Below are positions 32,172 to 42,500 of a DNA stretch of 64,000 nt, in pieces. Each line of letters starts with the position of its first letter. The first letter of the stretch is position 1. Made by a program: the position numbers and the translations under genes. Origin of the DNA: an uncultured Gemmatimonadales bacterium (GTDB taxonomy: Bacteria > Gemmatimonadota > Gemmatimonadetes > Gemmatimonadales > Gemmatimonadaceae); assembly GCA_963707505.1 (NCBI GenBank), contig CAVPQB010000003.1, positions 192,001-256,000 on the forward strand, read 5' to 3'. The notes under the pieces were generated by a model that made no database searches, was not told the origin of the DNA, and saw only the letters and a program-made list of their open reading frames with translations.

Positions 32172-33126
32172 ATGGACGGCCTGTCCGTACCGAGTCACGG
32201 CGCCAAGCTTCTCTCCGGAACCGCCAACAAGGCGCTCGCCGAGGAGATTGCGCGTCACATGGGGATCGAGCTGTGCAAGGAACACGTCGACGCGATTCGC
32301 GGACGGCGAGATCTTTGTCCGGATCGATGAAAACGTTCGCGGCAACGATGTGTTCATCGTTCAACCCACGAATCCGCCGGCTGACAACATCATGGAGCTG
32401 CTGCTCATGATCGACGCAGCCCTTCGCGCCTCCGCCGCTCGGATGACTGTGGTCATGCCGTACTACGGTTATTCGCGACAGGACCGAAAGGATCAACCGC
32501 GAGTTGCGATCGGCGCGAAGCTGGTGGCGAACATGATCCAGACGGCCGGCGCAGATCGAGTTGTGGGAGTGGATTTTCACCAGCATCAGCTTCAGGGGTT
32601 CTTCGACATTCCCGTCGATCACCTCTACGCCGCGCCGGTGTTTACCGCACACTACAGAAAGAAGCAGTTGCTGGACCCGGTCGTCGTCGCACCCGACGTT
32701 GGGAGCGCCAAGATGGCCCGTGGTTTCGCGAAGCGGCTCAACGCCACCTTCGCGATCATCGACAAGCGACGACCCAAGGCCAACGTGGCCGAAGTCGTCA
32801 ACGTCGTTGGCGAGGTCGACGGCCGGGATTGTCTCCTGGTCGACGACATGATCGACACGGCGGGTACCATGTGTGAAGCGGCGCGCGCGCTCAAGGCTCT
32901 TGGCGCGCGTGACGTGTATGTCTGCGCAACGCATGCGCTGTTTTCCGGCCCCGCCGTGGAACGGCTCAGCAGTGCGCCGATCACGGAGGTGGCGGTGACC
33001 GATACCGTGTGCATTCCGCCGGAGCGAACGTTCCCGACGCTGAAGATACTTTCGGTCGGAGAGCTTCTCTCCAAGGCGATTCGTTACATCCACTCCGAGC
33101 AGTCGGTCAGCTCGCTATTTGAATAG
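32172..33126 (+). CDS. prs: ribose-phosphate pyrophosphokinase (frameshift near 32280)
   Basis: LLSGTANKALAEEIA, FADGEI, PYYGYSRQDRK, VAPDVG, VDDMIDTAGT. Confidence 0.95.
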
Positions 33127-33135
33127 GGGTCAAGC

Positions 33136-33795
33136 ATGGCAACAGCATCACTCACCGCAACTCGCCGCACCGGCACCGGAAAGGGCAACGCCCGCTCGCT
33201 TCGTCGCGAGGGCCAGGTCCCTGCGGTCATCTACGGACATGCGCGCGAATCGCAGCCGCTCGCCGTCTCGGCGCGCGATCTCGAGAAGCTGCTGTCACAC
33301 ATCTCGGCCGACAACACGGTTGTCGAGCTGGCGGTAGAGGGCGCCACGTCCCGCGCACTCATTCGCGAGATCCAGCGCCATCCGTTCAAGCGCGCGATCC
33401 TGCACATCGACTTTCAGGAGATCGTCGCTGGCGAGATGATGACGGTGCGCGTCCCGCTCCGCCTCATCGGCACCCCGGTCGGCGTTCGTCTCGGCGGCGG
33501 CATCATCGATCACCCGCTTCGTGAGCTCACCATCTCGGTCGATCCGGCCAAGATGCCGAACCAGATCGAGATCGACATCACGGACCTCAACCTTGGCGAC
33601 TCGATCCACGTGAGCGAGGTCAAGGTTCCAGACGGCGTCACCGTCCTGGACGATCCCGGCGCAGCAGTCGTCGTCATCGCAACGCCGCGCGCAGCGGTCG
33701 AAGCGGTTGCGGCGGAAGTCGAGCCGACGTCGGCCGAGCCGGAAGTCATTCGCGCCAAGAAGCCCGAAGAGGGTGCAGAGCCCGAGAAGAAGTAA
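33136..33795 (+). CDS. rplY: 50S ribosomal protein L25 / Ctc
   Basis: GKGNARSLRREGQVPAVIYG, QRHP..ILHIDF, Ctc-type C-terminal domain. Confidence 0.95.
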   Translation: MATASLTATRRTGTGKGNARSLRREGQVPAVIYGHARESQPLAVSARDLEKLLSHISADNTVVELAVEGATSRALIREIQRHPFKRAILHIDFQEIVAGEMMTVRVPLRLIGTPVGVRLGGGIIDHPLRELTISVDPAKMPNQIEIDITDLNLGDSIHVSEVKVPDGVTVLDDPGAAVVVIATPRAAVEAVAAEVEPTSAEPEVIRAKKPEEGAEPEKK

Positions 33796-33812
33796 CTCAC
33801 TCGTGCAACGTC

Positions 33813-33841
33813 AGAGGGCGGGCAACTCGCCCGCCCTTTTT
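33813..33841 (+). terminator. intrinsic terminator after rplY
   Basis: AGGGCGGGC-AACTC-GCCCGCCCT followed by a T run. Confidence 0.8.
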
Positions 33842-33885
33842 CGTATCCGCGATCAATCGTGAAACTCACCCGTGAAACTCAGCCC

Positions 33886-34456
33886 GTGAAACTCATCGTC
33901 GGACTCGGCAACCCCGGCCGCGAATACGCGGCGACGCGCCACAACGTGGGCTGGTGGCTGGTGGATCACCTCGCCGAACGCTGGCACTTTGACGGCTGGC
34001 GGAAGGACGGCGACGCGCAGGTGTCGAGCGGAATGCTTGGCAACGTGAAAGTGCGGTTGATGAAGCCGCAGACGTTCATGAACCTGAGCGGCGACGCGCT
34101 GCGCCCCTACACGCGCCGCGCATTCTGGGCGCCGGCGACGGATCTGTTGGTGATCTCGGATGAAGTTGCGCTGCCGGTCGGACGGTATCGCACGCGCGCA
34201 AAGGGGAGTGCCGGTGGACACAACGGATTGAAGAGTGTCGAGCACGTGCTCAAGACACGGGATTACGCGCGCCTCCGCATCGGAGTCGGCCCAGCCGCCG
34301 ATCGCGCGATAAGCGGAGATCTCGCAGACTTCGTGCTTGCGCCGTTCGGCAAGATGGAGCGCGAGGAGATAATGTCACTGCATGCCGTCGCTTACAGATG
34401 TGTGCGAGATCTGGGCGAAAGGTGACGTCGAAGCAGCCATGCGGTTGAACAACTAG
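33886..34456 (+). CDS. pth: peptidyl-tRNA hydrolase (frameshift near 34380; the other frame ends ...AAMRLNN*)
   Basis: [43 protein letters not shown]. Confidence 0.93.
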
Positions 34457-34458
34457 GA

Positions 34459-34512
34459 TGGGGACGGAGTGGGGACGGAGTGGGGACGGAGTGGGGACGG
34501 AGTGGGGACGGA
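34459..34512. repeat. 11-bp tandem repeat (TGGGGACGGAG), about 5 copies
   Basis: Four perfect copies plus a 10-nt fifth copy between pth and ychF. Confidence 0.95.
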
Positions 34513-34544
34513 CTCCGCAGTATTGTACTTACATCGAAGATCAA

Positions 34545-35646
34545 ATGTTAAAGCTCGGCATCGTAGGACTCCCAAACGTCGGAAAATCGACACTCTTCAA
34601 CGCGCTTACGGCTGCGAGTGCGGAGGCGGCGAACTATCCGTTCTGCACCGTCGAGCCGAACGTCGGGATGGTGGAAGTTCCCGACGCGCGACTGGGCAAG
34701 CTCGCCGATATCGTTCATCCAAAAAAAATCGTTCCCGCTGTCGTGCAGTTCGTCGACATCGCCGGCCTGGTCAAGGGCGCGGCTGATGGTGAAGGACTTG
34801 GCAACAAGTTTCTCGCGAACATTCGCGAGACCGACGCGATCGTTCATGTCGTCCGCTGCTTCGACGATGAGGACGTGACGCACGTGATGGGCAGCGTCGA
34901 TCCCGCGCGCGATCGCGAGGTGATCGAGTTCGAGCTCGCCATCGCGGACCTGGGAACACTCGAGAAGCGTCTCGACAAGACGCGTCGCACAGCCAAGACC
35001 GGCGACAAGGATGCAGCAGCAGAACTCGTCGTGCTGGAGCGGGCAAATGATTTCCTCAAGGAAGGACGTGGACTGTGGCACGCTTCACTCACGGCTCGAC
35101 GAAAAGGAATTGCTCGCGCCACTGACGTTGTTGACCGTCAAGCCCGTATTGTATGCGGCGAACGTCAGCGACGCCGAGCTCACCGGCGAGGAAGGCAAGT
35201 ATCTGACGGCACTACGCGCCGCGGTTGCCGCTAGCGGAGAAGAGGCGGAGATCGTTCCCTTCTCAGCCAAGATCGAGGCAGAGCTCGCGGAGCTGCCACC
35301 GGAAGATCGCGGAGACTTTCTCGCGTCGCTTGGACTGGAGAGCGCCGGACTGGATCGCCTCATTCGCGCCGGATATCACCTGCTCGGGCTGCAGACCTAC
35401 TTCACCGCCGGAGAGCAGGAAGTCCGTGCGTGGACCATACATCGCGGTGACACGGCGCCACAGGCTGCCGGAGTGATCCACACCGACTTCGAGCGCGGCT
35501 TCATCAAGTCAGATACGGTCGCATTCGACGCCTTCATCGCGGATGGCGGGTGGAAGGATGCGCGCGAGAAGGGCGATGTGAGATCGGAAGGAAAGGAGTA
35601 CGTTGTGAAGGATGGCGATGTGCTGCTATTCAAGTTCAACGTCTAG
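34545..35646 (+). CDS. ychF: redox-regulated ATPase YchF (frameshift near 35093)
   Basis: [57 protein letters not shown]. Confidence 0.95.
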
Positions 35647-35649
35647 ACA

Positions 35650-36459
35650 ATGGATATCGGGCGCGTCAACGATGCGGTGAATGAGGGATGGGCGCATGTG
35701 CGCGACACTCCCGGATATCTATCGGAGCGTGAAGCACGATTCATCATGACGGCGCTCGCGCTTGCTCCCGCAGAAGGCGCGAACGTGGAGATCGGAAGCT
35801 TCAAGGGACGCTCGACAGTCGGGCTCGGAACCGTCGCGCGCATACTTGGGCTGGATCCCGTGCACGCGATCGATCCACACACATCGCCATCGGTGACCGA
35901 TCCCAACCTGAATGGCGCGGCGACGTCGTACGATGATTTCATAACGCACGTTGAGCGCGCTGGTAGCAGCACACACGTCGTACCACACCGTGCCTTCTCG
36001 CACGACGTGGCAAGAACGTGGGCTAAGCCGATTCGTTTCCTATGGGTTGACGGTGACCATACGTACGACGGCGCACACGCGGACATCGAGATGTTCAAGC
36101 CGTTTCTCGCCGACGGTGCAGTCGTCGCGATGCACGATGTACTCGGCACATTCGAAGGCTCGCTTCGCGTATTCGTGGAAGATCTTCTCGACTCCGATGA
36201 TTTTGGTCCCGCGGGGTTCAGCGGATCGATCGGCTGGGCGCAGTTTCGGCCGCGCGATGGGCATGCACTCGGATACCGCCTGCAACGTCGTTTGCTCGCG
36301 ATACCTGCTCGCCGATTGATTCCGGTCGCACGGAGCGGGCGCAATCTCGCTGGTTGGAACAAGTACGTCTACAAGTTCTGGCGTCCGCTGGCGCCGCATG
36401 GGGATGTGAGAGCGGAACGGCTCGCAGGCAAGCTCCGAATCAAACCAGCGGATCTATAG
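35650..36459 (+). CDS. class I SAM-dependent methyltransferase (Methyltransf_24-like)
   Basis: VEIGSFKGRST, AIDPH, LWVDGDHTY, VAMHD. Confidence 0.85.
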   Translation: MDIGRVNDAVNEGWAHVRDTPGYLSEREARFIMTALALAPAEGANVEIGSFKGRSTVGLGTVARILGLDPVHAIDPHTSPSVTDPNLNGAATSYDDFITHVERAGSSTHVVPHRAFSHDVARTWAKPIRFLWVDGDHTYDGAHADIEMFKPFLADGAVVAMHDVLGTFEGSLRVFVEDLLDSDDFGPAGFSGSIGWAQFRPRDGHALGYRLQRRLLAIPARRLIPVARSGRNLAGWNKYVYKFWRPLAPHGDVRAERLAGKLRIKPADL

Positions 36460-36632
36460 CGAGATGCCCGCGATCAAGCCGAAGCGGGTTTAAACCGGAC
36501 TTTGTAAATCGCGAATTCGACGGAGGGACCCCTGATAACGTGAATTCATCGCCGATTGGTCATTGTTCGTAGCAAACATACCCAGCATGTGATGGCGGGC
36601 AACCGTGACATGGCCCCCGTGGAGCTCGATGG

Positions 36633-36662
36633 TTGTCGTCGAAGGCGGTCCCATGCTATATT
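36633..36662 (+). promoter_or_regulatory. candidate sigma-70 promoter of the rpsF operon
   Basis: TTGTCG - 18 nt - TATATT with a TGn extended -10. Confidence 0.5.
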
Positions 36663-36677
36663 TCAAGGCTACACAAA

Positions 36678-36737
36678 AACCCATCCCTTCCCTCGGTTAC
36701 GGCAACCACCCGGGGGCGGTTATGACCACAAGGAGGA
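36678..36737 (+). promoter_or_regulatory. probable S6:S18 ribosomal-protein leader
   Basis: ACCC followed by a pyrimidine tract (TCCCTT) able to pair with the SD AAGGAGG, enclosing inner stems. This matches the general layout of the S6:S18 leader. Not checked against a covariance model. Confidence 0.4.
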
Positions 36738-36747
36738 TTGCCAGCAC

Positions 36748-37119
36748 ATGACTCGTGAATACGAGGCGGTGTATATCTTCGATTCTGCACTCGAAGACGC
36801 CGCCATCACCGAGAAGCTGAGCCGCCATCACGGCCTGCTCAGTCTCACCGAAGACGCCAAGCTCGACATCTGGGGCCGCCGTCAGCTCGCCTACAAGATT
36901 GGCCGGCATGAGAATGGCTACTATGTCGTAGCGCGCTTCGCCGCCGACACGACGACGCTGCCCGAGTTCGAGCGCTCGCTCAAGCTCGATGACGGCGTCA
37001 TCCGCTATCTCATCAGCCTCTACGAGCACGAGCTCGGCGTTCCCGCCGATCGTGTCGAAGCCAACGCCGCGCGCGCCCGCGCCCTGGCGGAAGAAGAAGA
37101 CGACGAGGACGAGGACTAA
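36748..37119 (+). CDS. rpsF: 30S ribosomal protein S6
   Basis: MTREYEAVYIF, WGRRQLAYKI, GYY, VIRYL, acidic tail. SD AAGGAGG. Confidence 0.95.
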   Translation: MTREYEAVYIFDSALEDAAITEKLSRHHGLLSLTEDAKLDIWGRRQLAYKIGRHENGYYVVARFAADTTTLPEFERSLKLDDGVIRYLISLYEHELGVPADRVEANAARARALAEEEDDEDED

Positions 37120-37122
37120 CCC

Positions 37123-37347
37123 ATGGCCAGACGCAACAAGAAGGTCTCACCGGTTCTGGAAGCCGGCATCCGCTTCATCGACTACAAGGACGAGCGCTTT
37201 CTCAGCCGCTTCATTACCGAGAATGGCAAGATCCTTCCCGGGCGCCTGAGCGGCGTCGATGCTCGGCATCAGCGCCAGCTGGCGCGCGCCATCAAGCGTG
37301 CTCGCTACCTCGCCCTGCTTCCGTACACGAGGAGCCAGGGCGCGTAG
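37123..37347 (+). CDS. rpsR: 30S ribosomal protein S18
   Basis: [34 protein letters not shown]. Confidence 0.96.
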   Translation: MARRNKKVSPVLEAGIRFIDYKDERFLSRFITENGKILPGRLSGVDARHQRQLARAIKRARYLALLPYTRSQGA

Positions 37348-37366
37348 TCAGGCGCTCGATCAAGCT

Positions 37367-38377
37367 GTGTCACGTCTCCTCGCACCTGGTTGGCGAGCCG
37401 CGCTCCTCGCGCTCTTCGCCTTCCTCGTGCTCCCGGACTTCCCGAGCGCGCTGCGGTCGGTAGTACCGATCACGGAAACGTGGATTCTGCTCGCTGCGAC
37501 GCTCGCGGTTTGTGCGGCGCTGGGCTGGTGGAACGGTGGCGGCATCTGGCTGGCCGTCGTCGCGATTGTTCTGGCTTGGTATGCCGCCACAAGCCCCGTC
37601 GGACCGGGACCTGGCAGCTACCGATCACTGGTACACGGATGGACGCTGCTGCTGGCGGCGTCGTTCGGCCTCGCGTCGCTGCTGACGCCGGGCGACAAGT
37701 TTCTGATCAGGGCGCTGTCGGCTCTCGGAATCGCATCGGTCGTGGCGTTCGCGGTAACTATCTCGACGCCTGATGGGATTCCGTCGGTCCGGTCGGTGAT
37801 GAAGACTGAGTTCAACCGCCGTACCGACGAAACCGTGGCTGTCGTGAACGACATGGCGGCATCTCCGGTTTGGCAGCGAGCGGTCGAGCGCAGTCCAAGC
37901 CTCGACAGTATGGTCAAGTCGAACGAGGCTGATCTGCGCACGATCGCGAGCCGCTCCGCGCGTACGGTTCCAGCGCTGGTAGCACTGGAGTCGCTGCTGG
38001 CTCTGGCGCTCGCGTGGGTGATCTATCACCGAGTCGCCTCGGCCGATCTTGGGCCGGCGCTCGGCGCGGTAAAGCAGTTTCGCTTCAACGATCAGCTCGT
38101 CTGGGGCCTGGCCGTTGGCGCGACGATCTTCTTCCTTCCGGTATTTGCGGAGGGACGGGACGCTGGACTGAACTTGCTGGTGTTTTTCGGTGCCCTGTAT
38201 CTCTTTCGCGGTGTTGGCGTACTGTCGTTCATGACACGCGGAAAGTGGGCTGCGACGCTCCTGATCGTCATGACGGTCTTTGCGCCGCTCCTGCTCGGAG
38301 CGCTGGCGCTGGGTGTTGGTGTAGGCGATACGTGGATGGACTGGCGCACTCGCGCGAATGTGGATACGACCAGGTGA
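37367..38377 (+). CDS. DUF2232/YybS-family membrane protein (start uncertain)
   Basis: Multi-TM protein between rpsR and rplI. FRFNDQLVWG, LYLFRG, C-terminal GVGDTWMDWR. Confidence 0.75.
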   Translation: MSRLLAPGWRAALLALFAFLVLPDFPSALRSVVPITETWILLAATLAVCAALGWWNGGGIWLAVVAIVLAWYAATSPVGPGPGSYRSLVHGWTLLLAASFGLASLLTPGDKFLIRALSALGIASVVAFAVTISTPDGIPSVRSVMKTEFNRRTDETVAVVNDMAASPVWQRAVERSPSLDSMVKSNEADLRTIASRSARTVPALVALESLLALALAWVIYHRVASADLGPALGAVKQFRFNDQLVWGLAVGATIFFLPVFAEGRDAGLNLLVFFGALYLFRGVGVLSFMTRGKWAATLLIVMTVFAPLLLGALALGVGVGDTWMDWRTRANVDTTR

Positions 38378-38423
38378 TGGTCGACGTTCAACAAGACGTT
38401 CAACAAACGGAGTTGAGGTAAAC

Positions 38424-38867
38424 ATGGAAGTCATTCTTCGGCAGGCGGTCGAGAAGCTCGGCCACACAGGCGACGTCGTGAGCGTCTCGAACGGTTACGG
38501 CCGCAACTATCTCCTTCCCCGCGGCGTCGCGTATCTCGCGACCGAGGGCAACAAGCGCAAGATCGAGCAGGAGCGCCAGCGGCTCGAGACGGCCGAAGAG
38601 GCACGCCGCGGCTCAGCGCGCGAGCTCGCGGAGAAGCTGGAACAGGTATCGCTCACCTTCTCGGCGCGCGTGGGCGAGGAAGGCAAGCTGTTTGGCTCGG
38701 TCACGTCGAGCGATATCGCCGCTCAGCTCGCCGCCCAGGGGCTGCACGTTGAGAAGCGCCAGATCGAGCTTCACGAGCCCATCAAGGCCCTCGGCGTCTA
38801 TCGCGTGCCTGTCCGACTGCACGCCGACGTACACCCCGAGATCAAGGTCTGGGTCATCAAGCAGTAG
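38424..38867 (+). CDS. rplI: 50S ribosomal protein L9
   Basis: MEVIL..LG..GDVV.V..GYGRNYLLP.G, GKLFGSVT, IKALG. SD GAGG. Confidence 0.96.
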   Translation: MEVILRQAVEKLGHTGDVVSVSNGYGRNYLLPRGVAYLATEGNKRKIEQERQRLETAEEARRGSARELAEKLEQVSLTFSARVGEEGKLFGSVTSSDIAAQLAAQGLHVEKRQIELHEPIKALGVYRVPVRLHADVHPEIKVWVIKQ

Positions 38868-39132
38868 GGCGCGTAGGGAAGCCGTGCACGTCGGACGACG
38901 GCTTTCTCGGGGATGACGGCTGCCCTGTGACCCCTATCGGGGGATGGCGGGTCTTAACTGACCTCCATCCCCCGCCGTCATATAGCCACACACCGCGCCA
39001 GACCCGCCGCTCGTCCCGTAGTGCAAACGCCCGCGCTACCATTGGCGCACGAAATGCGGTTTCGTGTGTAGAATTAGCGCCGTGGAGTACACCGGGCGAA
39101 AATCGTAATCCGAATCCCGTTTCAGGAGTAGA

Positions 39133-39519
39133 ATGGCCGCCACAACCGCTTCGACTTCCCTCGCCGCCGCGCAACGCGCAGCGGCCATATGTGTCGACGT
39201 AAAAGCGAACGACGTAGTTATCCTGAATCTCGAAGGTGTCAGCGACATGACTGATTGCTTTCTGATTGCAAGCGGCACTTCAGACACGCACGTGCGCTCG
39301 ATCGCGGAGCACGTGATGGCCGAATTGCGCAAACAGGGAATGCGTGCGCATCACGTCGAGGGATTGAGTCAGGGGCGGTGGGTGCTTCTGGATTACGTCG
39401 ATTTCCTGGTGCACATCTTTCATCCCACGTTGCGCGAGTTCTACCAGCTCGAGCGGCTGTGGGGCGACGCGGAAGTCGTCCCGGTCAAGGCTGAGCAAGT
39501 CACGGAGAGTATAAAATGA
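39133..39519 (+). CDS. rsfS: ribosome silencing factor
   Basis: KANDV, DCFLIASG.S, EG...WVLLDY, VHIF..REFYQLERLWGDA. Confidence 0.95.
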   Translation: MAATTASTSLAAAQRAAAICVDVKANDVVILNLEGVSDMTDCFLIASGTSDTHVRSIAEHVMAELRKQGMRAHHVEGLSQGRWVLLDYVDFLVHIFHPTLREFYQLERLWGDAEVVPVKAEQVTESIK

Positions 39520-42500
39520 CTGTCGCGTCGCGGGTGTTCGGAGTGCTGGCCGCTGCTGCGTTGCTGGTTTCCGCAGCACCGGCGAGCGCACAGCGTTACT
39601 TCGGGCAGAATCAGGTCAAATACCGTTACTTCCGCTGGCGTGTTCTGGAGACCGAGCACTTCCTGATTCACTACTATCCAGAAGAGAAGCTGCCCGTACA
39701 CGACGCGGCACGCATGGCGGAGCGATCGTACTCCCGTCTTTCGCGCCTGCTGGGTCATCAGTTCCGCGAAAAGAAGCCGATCCTGCTCTACGCCTCGCGC
39801 CAGGATTTCGGTCAGAGCAACATCAACGGCGATCTCGGCGAGGGCGTCGGCGGCGTGACCGAGCCGATGCGCCAAAGAATCGAGCTTCCATTTACTGGCG
39901 ACTACGACAGCTTCGAGCACGTGCTGACGCACGAGATGGTGCACCAGTTCCAGTTCGACGTGTTTGCGGAAGGCAAGGCTGGCGCGAACATCCAGAATCT
40001 CGAGCAGGTGAATCCTCCCGGATGGTTCATGGAAGGAATGGCCGAGTACCTGTCGCTCGGACCGAACCATCCGCTGACGACCATGTGGATCAGGAATGCC
40101 GTCGAGAACGGCAGCATGCCCACGATCAAGCAGATGACGGACGACCCGAACGACTACTTCCCCTATCGGTACGGTGAGGCGCTCTGGCGCTACATCGGCG
40201 AGCGCTGGGGCGACGGTGCGATCGGCGAGATACTGCAGAGCGTAACGACGATGGGGATCGACCGCGGCTTCGAGCACGAGCTCGGCATCACCCTTCCCCA
40301 GTTGAGCGACCAGTGGCGTGCAGCAACGCGTGAGGAATATCTTCCGCAGCTCGCGTCGATGCAGCGCGTGCGTGACTTCGCGACTCCGCTACTCACCCCG
40401 AAGATCACGGGGGGCTCGATCTTCATCGCGCCCGTGCTGTCACCGGACGGAAAGACCATCGCGTTCCTGTCGAACGGAAGCGTGAAGAAGGGCGAGATAT
40501 TCATCGATCTTTACCTTGGCGACGCAACCACCGGCAAGCGAATCAAGCGCTTGGTAAAGACGACGACCAATCCTCGATTCGAGGAGCTGCGATTGCTGTA
40601 TTCGCAGGGCTCCTTCTCGCCGGACAGCAAGAAATTCGCGTTCACGGCACAAACCGAAGGACGTGACGTACTCTCGATCGCGGACGTCGCAACCGGTGAC
40701 GTGGTGCAGTACGACAAGCTTCCGCTGGACGGAGTGCTGAGTCCGTCATATTCACCCGACGGCAAGCACATCGTCTTCAGCGGCTTCGCCGACGGAATCA
40801 CGGATCTCTACATCGTCGATGCCGATGGCAAGAATCTGCGCCGTCTCACGAGCGACCGTTATGGCGACGCGATGCCGTCGTGGTCCCCTGACGGTACGCG
40901 CATCGCATACGCCACGGACCGCGCGAGCACCGATCTCCCTTCGCTCAAGCTGGGCAAGATGCAGATCGCCGTGTACGACCTGCAGAGTGGTACGAGCGAA
41001 GTGCTTCCCGGACAGAAGGGACTCAGCATCAATCCGGTGTGGTCGCCGGACAGCAAGTCAATCGCATATGTGTCCGATCGTAATGGAACGCCCAACATCT
41101 ACCTGCACGATCTCTCGTCGAATCAGGATCTGCGCGTAACTAATGTGCAGTCCGGAATCAGCCAGTTCACGGAGACGAGTCCCGTGATGAGCTGGTCGCG
41201 CGCGACTAACCGTCTTGCCTTCACTTACTTCGATCGCAACGACTTCACAGTCTGGTACATAGACAACCCGCAGCAGTACGCGACTGCGATTCCGGCACAG
41301 CCTGCTGCTACGGTCGCATCCGCTGGTGCACCCACGACGCCGGTTCGGGACTCGACGCCCGGTCGCGCGAGCAACGCGACCTCGACATACAGGTCCGCGA
41401 ATGGCTCGCGCCAGTCCGGCACGCTATCGGAGGCCGAGAAGTCCGATAGCACCAACGTATCGAGCGTCGCGACGCTGCTGGCAGACCCGGTGACGGGCAT
41501 GCCGGACACGCTCACGTTCAAGGATTATCCGTACCGCGTGAGCTTCCAGCCCGACTACATCTCGGGTGGCACGGTCGGCGTGTCGACGGGTGGGGGATAT
41601 GGCACGCAGTATGGCGGCGGAACGACGCTCGTCTTCAGCGATCTCACGGGCGATCATCAGCTTGCGGTTGGTGGCGGCGTGTATGGTCGGATACAGGATG
41701 CAAGTCTGCTGCTCGCGTACGCGAACATGAGTCACCGCTGGCAGTACATAACAGGCGTATCGCAGGATGTTGCGTATCTCAACACGGCCGCGCAGGTATC
41801 ACCAGATGGCACGCAGTACCAGTACCAGTTCCTCCGTTACGTGATGAGAAGTGCGTCGATTACCGCTGCGTATCCGTTGAACCGGTTCCAGCGGTTCGAG
41901 CTTGGACTCGGCGCAAGCGCGATCGGACGTGGTTTCGTTACGCAGACGTACGACATCTACGGCAATGCGTCGCAATCGAATGGGACGTCGCTCGGCACGC
42001 TGTCTTTCCTGTCACCCAACGCTGCGTACGTTACCGACAACTCTCTATTCGGCGTTACCGGGCCGGTAAGTGGGCGGCGCATGCGCTTCGCGGTATCGCC
42101 CGCGATCGGCAATCTCAAGTTCATCAACTACACGGCCGACTATCGGCGATACGATCCGGTCGTGTTCAATACGCTGACATTCGCGACACGCCTCTTCTTC
42201 GATGGCTCGTACGGACGCGACGCATACCAGCTTCCGATCTACGTGGGTAGTCCGGACTTCGTGCGCGGATACGACCAATCGAGTTTCTACGGTGGCTATT
42301 CGTGCTCGTCGTTCCTCAATACGGGCAGCGTGTATGCAAACGGCTGCTCGGCGCCGCAACTGATCGGAACGCGCGCGGTCGTATTCAACGAGGAGTTGCG
42401 GTTCCCCATCATCCGGCGCTTCGATCTTGGAGCACTTCCGATCGGAATACCGCCCGTTGACGGCGCACTGTTCTATGATGCGGGTCTTGCATGGAACGCG

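Noticed and set aside
34458..34544. N-terminal repeat extension of YchF ([11 protein letters not shown]...)
   Set aside because: It is just the translation of the 11-bp tandem repeat. The conserved YchF start is MLKLG at 34545.
36490..36684. Small minus-strand ORF upstream of rpsF
   Set aside because: It overlaps the rpsF promoter and leader, and has no SD or recognisable motif.
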